Shown here: piece after piece, positions 37,331-47,123 of the stretch | Layout: each line of letters begins with the position of its first letter | Position numbering within the stretch: the first letter of the stretch is position 1 | Origin: an uncultured Pirellulales bacterium | GTDB taxonomy: Bacteria; Planctomycetota; Phycisphaerae; Sedimentisphaerales; Anaerohalosphaeraceae | Length of the DNA: 64,000 nt | Assembly (NCBI GenBank): GCA_964594065.1 | Contig: CAZQKX010000002.1 | Coordinates: 39,909-103,908, forward strand | Reading direction: 5' to 3' | Notes under the pieces: model-generated | The model's database searches: none | Seen by the model: the letters and a program-made list of their open reading frames with translations, nothing else | What the model was told of the DNA's origin: nothing | Translations under genes and position numbers: made by a program

Positions 37331-37366
37331 AAAAAAAAGCCCGGTCTGCGAACAGGTTGGGCTTTT
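37331..37366. terminator. Rho-independent terminator candidate (A-run, stem, T-run)
   Basis: AAAAAAAAGCCCGGTCTG-cgaa-CAGGTTGGGCTTTT. The stem includes G-U pairs and begins 20 nt after the stop at 37311. Confidence 0.7.
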
Positions 37367-37576
37367 GATTTCAATCGAAGTGGGGCGGTTAAGCATTTTC
37401 CGCATCCTTTTCTTTCTTGTACTGCTCGATAACCTGCATCTGGATATTCGGAGATTAATGTAACTTTTATTCGATATTATGACACTTACCTCAATAATAG
37501 TGATTAACAGAGGAGCGGTTTGTCCTTATAATACGTAAAAAGAAAACTGAGACCCCTAAAAAAAGAGAGGTTTAGG

Positions 37577-38935
37577 ATGAAACGAGAACTGACATTTTCA
37601 CTGTTTTTTTGTATCCTGCTGTTTACTGTCCAATTATTACCTGCCGCGGAGGCAGTTAACTGGCCGACGTTTCGCGGGCCTGTTAACACCGGCGTCGCAC
37701 CGAATGCAAATCCACCTGTCTCATGGAGCGAGACGGAGAATATTAAATGGAAGGTCCAACTGTCCGGCACGGGCTTATCCTCCCCGGTTATCTGGGACGA
37801 TAAGATTTTCTTTCTGACGGCAATACCGACAAAGACAGTCGAGAAAAAAGAGGCAGTTCCTGAGCCTCAACCGGCTCAACAGGACCGGGGCGGCAGACAA
37901 GGCCGCCGGAGAGGGGGAATGAGCAAAAAAACCCCAACGGAACAAAAATTCGATGTCGTTTGCCTCGACCGCGGCAGCGGAAAAGTGCTCTGGCAAAAAA
38001 CGGTCAAAAAAGCACTGCCGCATGAAGGCCACCACGGAGACGGCAGTTTCGCATCCTTTTCCCCGGTTACGGACGGCAATCTTGTCTGGGCCAGTTTTGG
38101 CTCACTGGGTTTATATTGCTTTGATACCGACGGCAATCTCAAATGGAATCAGGACCTGGTTAAGCATCGAACTCGCAACAGCTTTGGGGAGGGCAGTTCT
38201 CCGGCCATTGCAGGCAAGGCTATCATCATACTTGCCGACCATGAGGACCAATCCTATATCTATGCGTTTGACAAGATCACCGGCGCTCCGCTCTGGAAAA
38301 AAGAGCGTGATGAGAAAACCAGTTGGACCACCCCAATTGCTGTTGATGTCAACGGAAAGACACAGGTGATCGTAAACGGGACCAATTTCGTCCGTGCCTA
38401 TAACGTTACTACCGGAGACGTACTCTGGAAATGCAGCGGACAAACCGGCAATGTTGTTCCGACACCTGTGGTTGGATTTGGGAATGTGTATTGTACCAGT
38501 GGTTGGCGGGGTGCGGCTTTACAGGCGATACAACTTGGCAAAACCGGAGATTTGACCGGTACGGATGCCGTGAGTTGGGAAGTTGATGATGCAACACCTT
38601 ATGTACCGTCACCGATTTTAATCGGCGATAAAATATATGTTTGCCGCGGCAATAAAGAAGTCATTTCCTGCTACCAGGCCAAGGATGGAAAAGCCAATTA
38701 TGTCAAACAGATACTTGAAGGCGTCAAGGGCATTTACGCCTCACCAGTGGGGGCTTCGGATCGTGTGTATTTTGCCGGACGAAACGGCGTGACCGCTGTT
38801 GTGAAGGTTTCCGATACGTTTGAAGTGCTGGCGACGAATACGCTGGATGACAAAATTGACGCCACGCCGGCGATTGTCGGGGATGAAATTTATATCAAAG
38901 GCGATAAGCATCTGTACTGCATCGCCAAAAAGTAA
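37577..38935 (+). CDS. Secreted PQQ-like/BamB-like beta-propeller repeat protein
   Basis: Signal peptide. Repeated blades carry G-x-hydrophobic-x-W motifs: SGKVLWQK, DGNLKWNQ, TGAPLWKK and TGDVLWKC. Confidence 0.8.
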   Translation: MKRELTFSLFFCILLFTVQLLPAAEAVNWPTFRGPVNTGVAPNANPPVSWSETENIKWKVQLSGTGLSSPVIWDDKIFFLTAIPTKTVEKKEAVPEPQPAQQDRGGRQGRRRGGMSKKTPTEQKFDVVCLDRGSGKVLWQKTVKKALPHEGHHGDGSFASFSPVTDGNLVWASFGSLGLYCFDTDGNLKWNQDLVKHRTRNSFGEGSSPAIAGKAIIILADHEDQSYIYAFDKITGAPLWKKERDEKTSWTTPIAVDVNGKTQVIVNGTNFVRAYNVTTGDVLWKCSGQTGNVVPTPVVGFGNVYCTSGWRGAALQAIQLGKTGDLTGTDAVSWEVDDATPYVPSPILIGDKIYVCRGNKEVISCYQAKDGKANYVKQILEGVKGIYASPVGASDRVYFAGRNGVTAVVKVSDTFEVLATNTLDDKIDATPAIVGDEIYIKGDKHLYCIAKK

Positions 38936-38950
38936 ATAACGGATACGGTC

Positions 38951-40669
38951 CTAAAACAGGTTCATGGTATAGAGCTTGTGATAGTAGTCACCTTGTTCGA
39001 GCAATTGGGTGTGTGTGCCGTGTTCGACGATTTTGCCGGCGTGCATGACATACAAGTAGTCAGCGTTTTTGACCGTGCTGAGTCGATGTGCGATAATCAC
39101 TGTTGTTCGATTTTGACTCAGCAACTCCAGTGACTGCTGGATGAGTGTTTCGGACTCGGTATCCAGCGAACTGGTGGCTTCGTCAAAAATAAACACCGGC
39201 GGATTTTTCAAAAAGACCCGTGCAATTGAGATTCGCTGTTTCTGTCCGCCGGACAGTTTGACCCCGCGCTCGCCGACATAGGTATCGAAGCCTTCCGGCA
39301 GCGACTGGATAAACTCATCGATATTCGCCTTTTGAGCCGCATCGATCAATTGCTCTTCAGTTGCTGCAAGGTTTCCATACATAATGTTATCGCGGATGGT
39401 GGAGTCAAAAAGAAACACGTTCTGTTGAACGATACCGATGTTTTCCCGCAGAAATTTTTGCTTGAGATCCATGATATCATGGCCGTCGATGCGAATCGTT
39501 CCGGCTTGGGGTTCGTAGAACCTGGGGATCAGCGAAACGATGGTCGATTTTCCCGCGCCGGACTCGCCGACGATGGCGATGGTTTGATGCGCCGGGATTT
39601 TCAGGCTGATATCTTCCAGCACGTGCTCGTGTGATTGTGTGTATTTAAAGCTGACGTTTTCAAAGGTGATCTGGCCGGTGACAGGCTGGAAGGTGTCAGC
39701 GCCTTTTTTGTCCACAATGTCCGGCTCAATGTCCATGACCTCGGTAAACCGCTCAAAGCAGGCGGCTCCCTGCTGGAACTGTTCGGCGAAATTGACCAGC
39801 CGGCGGATTGGATTCAAAATAAAATAGACGTACAATACAAACGCCAGAAGGTCGCCGGAAGTAACATTTTTACCCATATGGATCAGGAGGATGCCGCCGG
39901 CGATGACGATCAGAAAGTAGCTTTCGATCAGCAGACTCATCACCGAAAAGAACACTGCCATAATGCCGTACATCTTTTCTTTTGCCGAGCGAAAGCTGAC
40001 GTTGACGGTACAGAACTTATCGATCTCTTCATCTTCATTGGCATAGGATTTGACTTCGCGAATGCCCTGTACGGAATTTTCGACGCTGCTGTTGATATCG
40101 GCGATTTTCTTGCGAACGTTGCGAAATCCCCGCCGCATACTGCCGCCGTAGAAAACACCCCAGGCGACAAGGAAGGGCAATGGGATGATTGCGATCGCCG
40201 CCAGCGGAGCGTTGAAGTTGAACATGGCGATAAAAGCCCCGATGATCAGCGAGGTCGAGATCAGTAAATCCTCCGGTGCGTGGTGGGCCACTTCGGCGAT
40301 CTGCCCGAGGTCATTGGAGATCCGGCTCATGAGATGGCCGGTCTTGACATTGTCGAAGTAGTTAAAGCTGAGCTTTTGAAGGTGACCGAAAAACTCAGCC
40401 CGCATATCAAATTCCATTCGCACACCGAGAATATGGCCCCATTTAACGCGGATATAGCTCATGGCGGTGGTCAGCAGAATGAGTATCAACATCATTGATA
40501 AGCCCTGAATGATGCCGGCCAGGTTTTCGTTTGGGATGTGTTGATCCAGCAGCCTGCGTGTGACCGCAGGGATGAACACGGTCAAAACGGCCCCGATAAC
40601 GGCCGCGGCCAGCGTGATACTAAGCAGCCTGCGGTGAGGTTTGTAATATTTGATAAATCGTTTCAGCAT
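38951..40669 (-). CDS. ABC exporter, fused permease/ATPase (MsbA/ABCB-like)
   Basis: N-terminal domain of 6 TM helices, Walker A GESGAGKST, signature LSGGQKQRISIARV and Walker B FIFDEATSSLD. Confidence 0.9.
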   Translation of the reverse strand: MLKRFIKYYKPHRRLLSITLAAAVIGAVLTVFIPAVTRRLLDQHIPNENLAGIIQGLSMMLILILLTTAMSYIRVKWGHILGVRMEFDMRAEFFGHLQKLSFNYFDNVKTGHLMSRISNDLGQIAEVAHHAPEDLLISTSLIIGAFIAMFNFNAPLAAIAIIPLPFLVAWGVFYGGSMRRGFRNVRKKIADINSSVENSVQGIREVKSYANEDEEIDKFCTVNVSFRSAKEKMYGIMAVFFSVMSLLIESYFLIVIAGGILLIHMGKNVTSGDLLAFVLYVYFILNPIRRLVNFAEQFQQGAACFERFTEVMDIEPDIVDKKGADTFQPVTGQITFENVSFKYTQSHEHVLEDISLKIPAHQTIAIVGESGAGKSTIVSLIPRFYEPQAGTIRIDGHDIMDLKQKFLRENIGIVQQNVFLFDSTIRDNIMYGNLAATEEQLIDAAQKANIDEFIQSLPEGFDTYVGERGVKLSGGQKQRISIARVFLKNPPVFIFDEATSSLDTESETLIQQSLELLSQNRTTVIIAHRLSTVKNADYLYVMHAGKIVEHGTHTQLLEQGDYYHKLYTMNLF

Positions 40670-40757
40670 GGTTCGTTAAATATCTTCTTCGCTTTTGTGC
40701 TTTTTTTGATTCATTTTTTTACATTTCAATTTTTTGGGTTAGTTAAAGTCTGTTCGT

Positions 40758-41396
40758 TTATTGAGGCGTTAGAAATTCGATTGTGTTTAGTAATTCAGCA
40801 GGTGTATTGGTTATATGTGATGCTATTTCGAATTCCGCTGAACAACCATAACCCCAAGTTACAGCGATGGATTTAATGTTGACAGCCTTAGCTGAATTGA
40901 AATCCAAATCCCTGTCACCAACCATGATGCAATTATACGGGGTATAACCTTCAGCTAAAATAGCTTTTAGCAAATCAGTTTTTGTGAGATTCAGACCACA
41001 GCCCAAGATTTTTGTAAATAATGAAGTAATATTAAAATGCTGAATAACTTTCAAAGCGATATCTTGGCGTTTGGATGTTGCTATATAAAGCTGATGATTC
41101 AAGAGCTTTAGTTTTTGAAGCATCCAGACAATTTCCGGATAAAGTTTATTTTGTGCAAAGCCTTTTTCAATATAGTTTTTGCGATAGTGTTTTATTGCTT
41201 GTTTGATAATCTTGCAGTCCAATGTGTTGAGCAACTGTTTGAAAGTATTATCGAGTGATGGTCCAATAAATTTAAGCAGGTCTTTGATTTCACAGGATTG
41301 ATAGCCCATTGCATTTAAAGCATAATTAATAGACTCAGTTATGCCCCGGGCCGGATCGCTTATTGTGCCATCAAGATCGAATATTATAGTAGCCAA
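40758..41396 (-). CDS. HAD-superfamily hydrolase (phosphoglycolate phosphatase-like)
   Basis: Motif I IIFDLDGTISD, ATSK and MVGDRDLDFNSA. The gene is AT-rich. Confidence 0.8.
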   Translation of the reverse strand: MATIIFDLDGTISDPARGITESINYALNAMGYQSCEIKDLLKFIGPSLDNTFKQLLNTLDCKIIKQAIKHYRKNYIEKGFAQNKLYPEIVWMLQKLKLLNHQLYIATSKRQDIALKVIQHFNITSLFTKILGCGLNLTKTDLLKAILAEGYTPYNCIMVGDRDLDFNSAKAVNIKSIAVTWGYGCSAEFEIASHITNTPAELLNTIEFLTPQ

Positions 41397-41424
41397 AATT
41401 TCTCCTTAACTTAATTGAAGCGTA

Positions 41425-42630
41425 TTAGTTTTTCACTTTCCGCAGGATGGTATATTCCGGTAAAATTTCCGGCAGCACGATATACTGGCTGTTATTGGCG
41501 AAATCGACCGACTCGCCGTGGGATGTTGTCAACGGGGCGGGCATCGTGATTTCGGATAAGCTACCATCCGGCTTGAGGACTTCCAGTGTGTCGCTGGCGT
41601 GAATTTTATTGCGTACTTCAATCGTCGAAACACCGCTGTCACAGTCGATAACATTGCCTACGAAGATAGACTTGGCGCCGGACAGGCTCTTGCCGACGGA
41701 GTAATCGTCAGGTTTAACAGTGCCTTTGAGAAAGCCCGTTGAGTAACCGCGGTTGGGAATCCGGCTCAAAAGTTCCAATCCTTCTTGGCGCGTGAATTGC
41801 TTGCCGTCAATGACCCGCCGGTAAAAAGAGACGACGGTTGCCAGGTAGTGGATCGTTTTCATGCGGCCTTCGATCTTGAACGAGTTGACGCCTGCCGCTG
41901 CCATGGCCGGAAGGTATTCGAACAATGCCAGTTCCTTGCTGTTAAAAAAGTACAGCCCTCGCTCGTCCTCGAATACCGGCATATATTCGCCGGGGCGTTT
42001 TTCCTCAACGAGACTGTATTGCCAGCGGCAGGGATGTTTGCATTCGCCGCGGTTGGCACGAAAGCCGGTCAGGTAGTCACTGATCGCGCATCGGCCGGAA
42101 TAACTGAAACACACTGCTCCATGAACGAACACTTCGGTTTCGATCTGTCCGTTAATATTTTTTTGAATATCCTGTATTTGCTCCAGCGATAATTCCCGGG
42201 CCAGATTCACACGTTTGGCCCCAAGCTGGCCGTAAGCCCGGACCGTCTGGAAACTGGTAGTATTGGCTTGGGTGCTGATATGCAGGGCGGCGTTGAGATT
42301 AAGTTTTTTAAGTTCTGCCAGTACACCCATGTCGGAGATAATGAGTGCATCGGCGCCGAAATCATCAAGTTGTTTGGCCAGTTCGGTCAGTTTGTCGTAT
42401 TCATCGCTAAACGGATAAATATTGAGGGCAACATAACCCTTTTTGCCGTGTGCATGCAGGTAATCCAGTCCTTCTTTGGCATCATCCATCGAAAAGTTGC
42501 CCGCAAAACTGCGTAGCGAGCCGAATTCGGCCCCAAAATAGACGGCATCTGCCCCGTAAGCAATGGCCCACTTGAGCTTTTCAAGCGTTCCCGCCGGAGC
42601 CAGTAATTCGGGTTTTGAAGGCATTGCCAT
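41425..42630 (-). CDS. Peptidase U32 family protein
   Basis: PELLAPAGTLEKLKWAIAYGADAVYFG, the Cys-rich segment CFSYSGRCAISDY...RANRGECKHPCRW, and FKIEGRMK. Confidence 0.88.
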   Translation of the reverse strand: MAMPSKPELLAPAGTLEKLKWAIAYGADAVYFGAEFGSLRSFAGNFSMDDAKEGLDYLHAHGKKGYVALNIYPFSDEYDKLTELAKQLDDFGADALIISDMGVLAELKKLNLNAALHISTQANTTSFQTVRAYGQLGAKRVNLARELSLEQIQDIQKNINGQIETEVFVHGAVCFSYSGRCAISDYLTGFRANRGECKHPCRWQYSLVEEKRPGEYMPVFEDERGLYFFNSKELALFEYLPAMAAAGVNSFKIEGRMKTIHYLATVVSFYRRVIDGKQFTRQEGLELLSRIPNRGYSTGFLKGTVKPDDYSVGKSLSGAKSIFVGNVIDCDSGVSTIEVRNKIHASDTLEVLKPDGSLSEITMPAPLTTSHGESVDFANNSQYIVLPEILPEYTILRKVKN

Positions 42631-42893
42631 GTTTTTAACCTTTTTAAAACGATTTTATTAAATACGAAGCCTCATTTATGCCATATTTTATAAAAAAAGA
42701 CAACTTTTGATTACCAAAAGAATTTTTGGTGAAACGGTTTGGGTGTTTGAGCGTTTGTTTAAATAAAAGAACCTTGCGGCAGCAGGAGAACCTTTTGTAA
42801 GCTCGGAAACCCGGTTTTTTCTTGTGATTTACCGATTTCAGAGTATATTAATGTACAATCAAAGGCGTTAAACTTAAGAAAGGAGAACCAAAG

Positions 42894-43316
42894 ATGAGGC
42901 GTGTTATCATACTTTCTGTGTTCGTATTTACTTTGCTGTTTAGTGGGTGTGGCTCTTCCGGCAATCCCGAGGCCGAACAGGCAGCGGTCAAAGCAGCGCA
43001 GGATTGGCTGTCTTTGATTGACGCGGGGGAATATTCCCAAAGCTGGGACCAAGCCGCAACGTATTTTCAAAACGCACTGTCGCGGGAAAAGTGGGTTGGA
43101 ATGGCCCGAGGGGTTCGAGATCCTCTTGGAAAAATGAAAACCAGAGAGGTTAAATCCAGTCGATATAAAACGTCGGTTCCCGGCGCACCCGATGGGGAAT
43201 ATGTCATCATACAATTTAACACTAGTTTCGAAAATAAACAATCGGCGGTTGAGACTGTTACTCCCATGCTCCCAAAAGACGGCACCTGGCGAGTTTCTGG
43301 TTATTATATCAAGTAG
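42894..43316 (+). CDS. Small lipoprotein, DUF4019-like
   Basis: AAGGAG Shine-Dalgarno sequence, lipobox LFSGC, and a pattern AAQDWLSLIDAGEYSQSWDQAATYFQNALSREKW that I recall for DUF4019. The 195-aa antisense ORF is rejected. Confidence 0.75.
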   Translation: MRRVIILSVFVFTLLFSGCGSSGNPEAEQAAVKAAQDWLSLIDAGEYSQSWDQAATYFQNALSREKWVGMARGVRDPLGKMKTREVKSSRYKTSVPGAPDGEYVIIQFNTSFENKQSAVETVTPMLPKDGTWRVSGYYIK

Positions 43317-43335
43317 GGAGATTATCAAGCAATTC

Positions 43336-43508
43336 ATGAAAGACAAGTTACTCTGTCCAACGGCGTATCGGAAAAAAGCGGTATTGCGTGTTTGTTGTTT
43401 TTTCTGACAATAAGTGGTATGGGTCTCTGGTGGCTGGTGGACCTGATCCTCTTATGTGTCAGTTACTTTACCGATGCTGATGGTGCTGTTGTTAAGTTGA
43501 GTAAATAA
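43336..43508 (+). pseudogene. Small membrane-protein gene split by a frameshift at an A6 run (TM2/NINE-like C-terminus)
   Basis: The ATG at 43336 gives MKDKLLCPTAYRKK and then stops at 43407. The -1 frame continues SGIACLLFFLTISGMGLWWLVDLILLCVSYFTDADGAVVKLSK to 43508. The junction is the run A(43372-43377). Confidence 0.4.
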
Positions 43509-43593
43509 GTTCAATAGGCCACAGGTCTTCAATAATAACAGCAGGTTTCTGCCCGCAGCGATTATTGTTATGCCCTCTTTAGGTGTAAAAAAA

Positions 43594-44256
43594 TTATTGC
43601 GAATAGCCATACTTTCCAACGAGTTTGACGAATCGGCAGCCGCAGATGGTTTTTTGTTCCAGTTGATTGTTTATCTTTTTCGCGACAATCAGATCCTGTG
43701 TCCACTGACCGCCGATGGGGGCAACCAGCAAGCCGCCTTCGGTTAGTTGTTTGGCCAGCGGTTCGGGGACATCCGGTATCGAAGCGGTGACAATAATTCG
43801 GTCGAACTGCCTGTCGGTCGGCCAGCCGCAACTGCCGTCACCGACATAATATTCAATATTTTCCAGTTCCAGTTTTGCCAGTGCTGCTTGGGCTGCTTCG
43901 GCCAGCTCATTGAAGCGTTCAATGGTATAGACCTTTTTTGCCAGTGTTGCCAGAATAGCGGTTTGGTAACCGCTGCCGGTCCCGATCTCCAACACGTCTT
44001 CGGCCCCGGTCAATTCCAGGCACTGGGTCATGAGTGCTACGATATAAGGCTGACTGATCGTCTGGCCCATGCCGATGGGCAGGGGGTTGTCGTCATAGCT
44101 TTGGGCGGCGTATTTTGCCGGTACAAAGCTTTCGCGCGGTATCCGGGCCATGGCCTCCAGGACGCCTCTGTCAGTGATGTCGCGCCCCTTTAAGTGGTGC
44201 TGGATCATCACTTGACGGCTGGTCTCATATCTATTTTGTTCATTGTAGCTTACCAT
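43594..44256 (-). CDS. pcm: Protein-L-isoaspartate O-methyltransferase
   Basis: GQTISQPYIVALM and a VLEIGTGSGYQTAILA SAM motif; 220 aa. Confidence 0.92.
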   Translation of the reverse strand: MVSYNEQNRYETSRQVMIQHHLKGRDITDRGVLEAMARIPRESFVPAKYAAQSYDDNPLPIGMGQTISQPYIVALMTQCLELTGAEDVLEIGTGSGYQTAILATLAKKVYTIERFNELAEAAQAALAKLELENIEYYVGDGSCGWPTDRQFDRIIVTASIPDVPEPLAKQLTEGGLLVAPIGGQWTQDLIVAKKINNQLEQKTICGCRFVKLVGKYGYSQ

Positions 44257-44421
44257 GCTTCCATCATGTGGTTTTTTAGGCTGTTTTTCAATGAAAATAT
44301 TAAATTATCGATTATGTAAGCCCCCGATTTATCCGACATAACAGTATTAAAAAACGGGGACTGTATATACTAAATGAGTCCCGATAATAAGTTTATTCTT
44401 AGACATGGCGATTAAGACAAT

Positions 44422-44814
44422 ATGACGTATGAAAACAAACATCCTGACTTTCCGATAGACTGGCGTGATTTGTTTGAGCGGATCGACAATGAAGAGATTA
44501 TTGTCGAATTTGCACAGTCCTTTTCCAAAAACGGCGAAAAGATCATGGCCTCACTTCGCCAGGCCATTGCCGGCGGCGACCCTGAAGAGATAGAGTTGTA
44601 TGCCCATGCCCTGAAGGGATCAGCATCCAATATTGGAGCGATCTGGCTGGCTAAAGCCTGTTGGCAACTTGAAAAAAGTGCTGCTGAAAAGCATATTGAA
44701 AAAGCCGACGAGTGGCTTAAAAAGATAGACTCTGAATTTGCCTCGCTCAAAGCGCTTCTGGAAAAGCCTGACTGGATTCACAGAACCAAAGATGCTTTAA
44801 TGACCGGGATTTAG
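44422..44814 (+). CDS. Single-domain histidine phosphotransfer (Hpt) protein
   Basis: HALKGSASNIGA phospho-histidine motif; 130 aa, helical. Confidence 0.8.
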   Translation: MTYENKHPDFPIDWRDLFERIDNEEIIVEFAQSFSKNGEKIMASLRQAIAGGDPEEIELYAHALKGSASNIGAIWLAKACWQLEKSAAEKHIEKADEWLKKIDSEFASLKALLEKPDWIHRTKDALMTGI

Positions 44815-44874
44815 TAAACATCCAGATTTCACTTTTTTATCCATATTTGCACAGGATCTGATATTTATCCGGTC

Positions 44875-44902
44875 TTGACGTCCAGCCAAATATCACCATA
44901 AT
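44875..44902 (+). promoter_or_regulatory. Sigma-70-like promoter for bioA (TTGACG-N16-CATAAT)
   Basis: TTGACG lies at 44875-44880 and CATAAT at 44897-44902. The bioA ATG at 44911 follows 8 nt later, with no Shine-Dalgarno sequence. Confidence 0.4.
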
Positions 44903-44910
44903 AGCATTTC

Positions 44911-46281
44911 ATGAATGACAAGGCACAAAAACTGGTCGAACTGGATAAAAAGTATCTTTGGCACCCATTTACACAGATGGCGGATTGGCTGATTTGCGAG
45001 CCGGTCGTGATTAAGTCTGGCGATGGATTTTATCTGATCGATACGGAGGGCAATCGATATATCGACGGCGTCAGCAGCCTGTGGTGCAATGTGCATGGCC
45101 ATCGTGTAAAAAAAATTGATGATGCAATTCGCTGCCAACTGGATAAGATCGCTCACAGCACGCTTTTGGGATTGGGACAAACAAAGTCGATTGAACTGGC
45201 CGAAAAGCTGGTGCAGATTTCGCCGGAGGGATTGGAAAAAGTTTTCTATTCTGACAGCGGGGCAACTGCCGTTGAGATCGCACTGAAAATCGCATACCAG
45301 TATTGGCAGAATACAGGCCTAACCGAGAAGACCAAATTTATTGCAGTAAAAGAAGCCTATCATGGTGATACGATCGGCTCAGTCAGTGTTGGGGGAATGG
45401 ACCTGTTCCATGGCATTTTTAAATCCATGCTTTTTGAGACGTATTATGTTCCCTGCCCACAGCCGTATCGGTTTGATGGAACCGAGGATCAATGTGCATC
45501 GTATAGCTTGGCCAAGCTGGAAGCAATACTCAAAATCCATTCGGGCCAGATTGCCGGAATCGTGGTTGAGCCGCTGGTACAGGGAGCGGCGGGGATTATC
45601 GTTCACCCGAAGGGATTTTTAAAGGGCGTCGAGGAATTGGCTCGAAAGTATGACACATTGCTGATTGTTGACGAGGTGGCAATGGGATTCGGTCGGACGG
45701 GGAAAATGTTTGCCTGTGAACATGAAGATGTTAAACCCGATTTGATGTGCATTGCCAAGGGTATCAGCGCCGGCTATTTGCCGTTGGCGGCGACATTGAC
45801 GACACAGAAAGTCTTCGATGCGTTTGCTGTCTCCGGCGATATACACAAGACGTTCTATCATGGGCATACTTATACCGGCAATGCCCTTGGCTGTGCGGCG
45901 GCATTGGCATCGCTGGAATTATTTTCAGAAAACCGTATTCTGGAGACCATGAGCGAAAAGATTCAGTTGATAGCCGACTATTTCGAAAAATTCAAAGATT
46001 TACCTTATGTTGGTGATGTGCGTCAATGTGGCATGGTCGGCGCGATCGAACTTGTAGTCGATAAAGCGAGAAAAAATCCGTTTCCATCCAAAAAGAAAAT
46101 TGGCGCCAAAGTCTGTGAAGTGATGCGCCCGAAAGGCGCGATGATGCGCCCCTTGGGCAATGTCATCGTCCTCATGCCTGCGGTAGCGATGGATGTGGAA
46201 ACATTAAGGAAACTGCTGAACATCATTGAAGACGCTTTGACGAATGATGTTCCAGGAATTGTAACAGGAATAAAACCATGA
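44911..46281 (+). CDS. bioA: Adenosylmethionine-8-amino-7-oxononanoate aminotransferase
   Basis: LWHPFTQM, EAYHGDT, DEVAMGFGRTGKMFA and IAKGISAGYLPL. Confidence 0.93.
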   Translation: MNDKAQKLVELDKKYLWHPFTQMADWLICEPVVIKSGDGFYLIDTEGNRYIDGVSSLWCNVHGHRVKKIDDAIRCQLDKIAHSTLLGLGQTKSIELAEKLVQISPEGLEKVFYSDSGATAVEIALKIAYQYWQNTGLTEKTKFIAVKEAYHGDTIGSVSVGGMDLFHGIFKSMLFETYYVPCPQPYRFDGTEDQCASYSLAKLEAILKIHSGQIAGIVVEPLVQGAAGIIVHPKGFLKGVEELARKYDTLLIVDEVAMGFGRTGKMFACEHEDVKPDLMCIAKGISAGYLPLAATLTTQKVFDAFAVSGDIHKTFYHGHTYTGNALGCAAALASLELFSENRILETMSEKIQLIADYFEKFKDLPYVGDVRQCGMVGAIELVVDKARKNPFPSKKKIGAKVCEVMRPKGAMMRPLGNVIVLMPAVAMDVETLRKLLNIIEDALTNDVPGIVTGIKP

Positions 46282-46344
46282 AGAGCATGAAGCACACGAA
46301 GATAATATCAAAGACAACTTCATAATCTTCATGTACTTCATGGT
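46275..46344. repeat. CATGAAG-type palindromic repeat element, copy 2
   Basis: ACCATGAAGAGCATGAAGCACACGAAG, a 16-nt loop, then CTTCATAATCTTCATGTACTTCATGGT. The bioA stop codon TGA (46279-46281) lies inside the left arm. Confidence 0.8.
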
Positions 46345-46383
46345 TAAATCCCCTTAACCGGTACTCTCTGTGATAGGGAATAC

Positions 46384-47118
46384 ATGCTTAATTTAAATTT
46401 ACCCAGAAAGAATGGGTTGTTTATCACCGGAACCGATACCGGCGTGGGCAAGACGCTGATTACCGGCGGGATCGCGGCGGTGTTGCGGTCTCAGGGATTG
46501 AAAGTCGGTGTCTTTAAGCCGATTGCTTCGGGCTGTCGGGATGAAGGTGTACTGATCAGCGATGATACGGAGTTTTTGGCAATGTGCGCTGATGCGAATT
46601 ATTCATTGAGCGTGATCACGCCGGTGACGTATAAAACGCCTGCGGCTCCATTAACATGCGTTCAAATTGAAAACCGTCCGATCAATTACGAGGAGATCGT
46701 TTCCGCTTACACCTATCTTTGTGACAATACGGACGTTGTGCTCGTCGAGGGCATCGGCGGGGCGTTGGTTCCGATTGACGAAGAGCACACGGTGCTGGAT
46801 CTGGCGGCTGAGTTCAATTTGCCGATGGTGATCATCGCCCGGCCCAATCTGGGGACGATCAACCACAGCCTGCTGACGATACAGGCGGTGCGCAACGCCG
46901 GCTTGCCGGTCGCGGGCCTGGTCATCAGCGGCTATCAGGCTATCGATGCGACCATTGCCGAAGAAACCAGCCCCTATGTCATCTGCAATTTCAGCGATAC
47001 GAATTTACTTTCCATTGTGCCATACGATGAAGAATCCAGCGTCGAAGAAGGGCGACTTGGCGAAGGTATCATAGAGACCCTCCAGTTCTGTGACTGGAGG
47101 GCGTTAAGTGAGCTTTAG
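46384..47118 (+). CDS. bioD: Dethiobiotin synthase
   Basis: FITGTDTGVGKT P-loop and VEGIGGALVP; 244 aa. Confidence 0.9.
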   Translation: MLNLNLPRKNGLFITGTDTGVGKTLITGGIAAVLRSQGLKVGVFKPIASGCRDEGVLISDDTEFLAMCADANYSLSVITPVTYKTPAAPLTCVQIENRPINYEEIVSAYTYLCDNTDVVLVEGIGGALVPIDEEHTVLDLAAEFNLPMVIIARPNLGTINHSLLTIQAVRNAGLPVAGLVISGYQAIDATIAEETSPYVICNFSDTNLLSIVPYDEESSVEEGRLGEGIIETLQFCDWRALSEL

Positions 47119-47123
47119 CGTTC

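Noticed and set aside
42759-43346. 195-aa minus-strand ORF overlapping the DUF4019-like lipoprotein gene.
   Set aside because: The plus-strand gene has an AAGGAG Shine-Dalgarno sequence, a lipobox and a recognisable family pattern. The minus-strand product has none of these.
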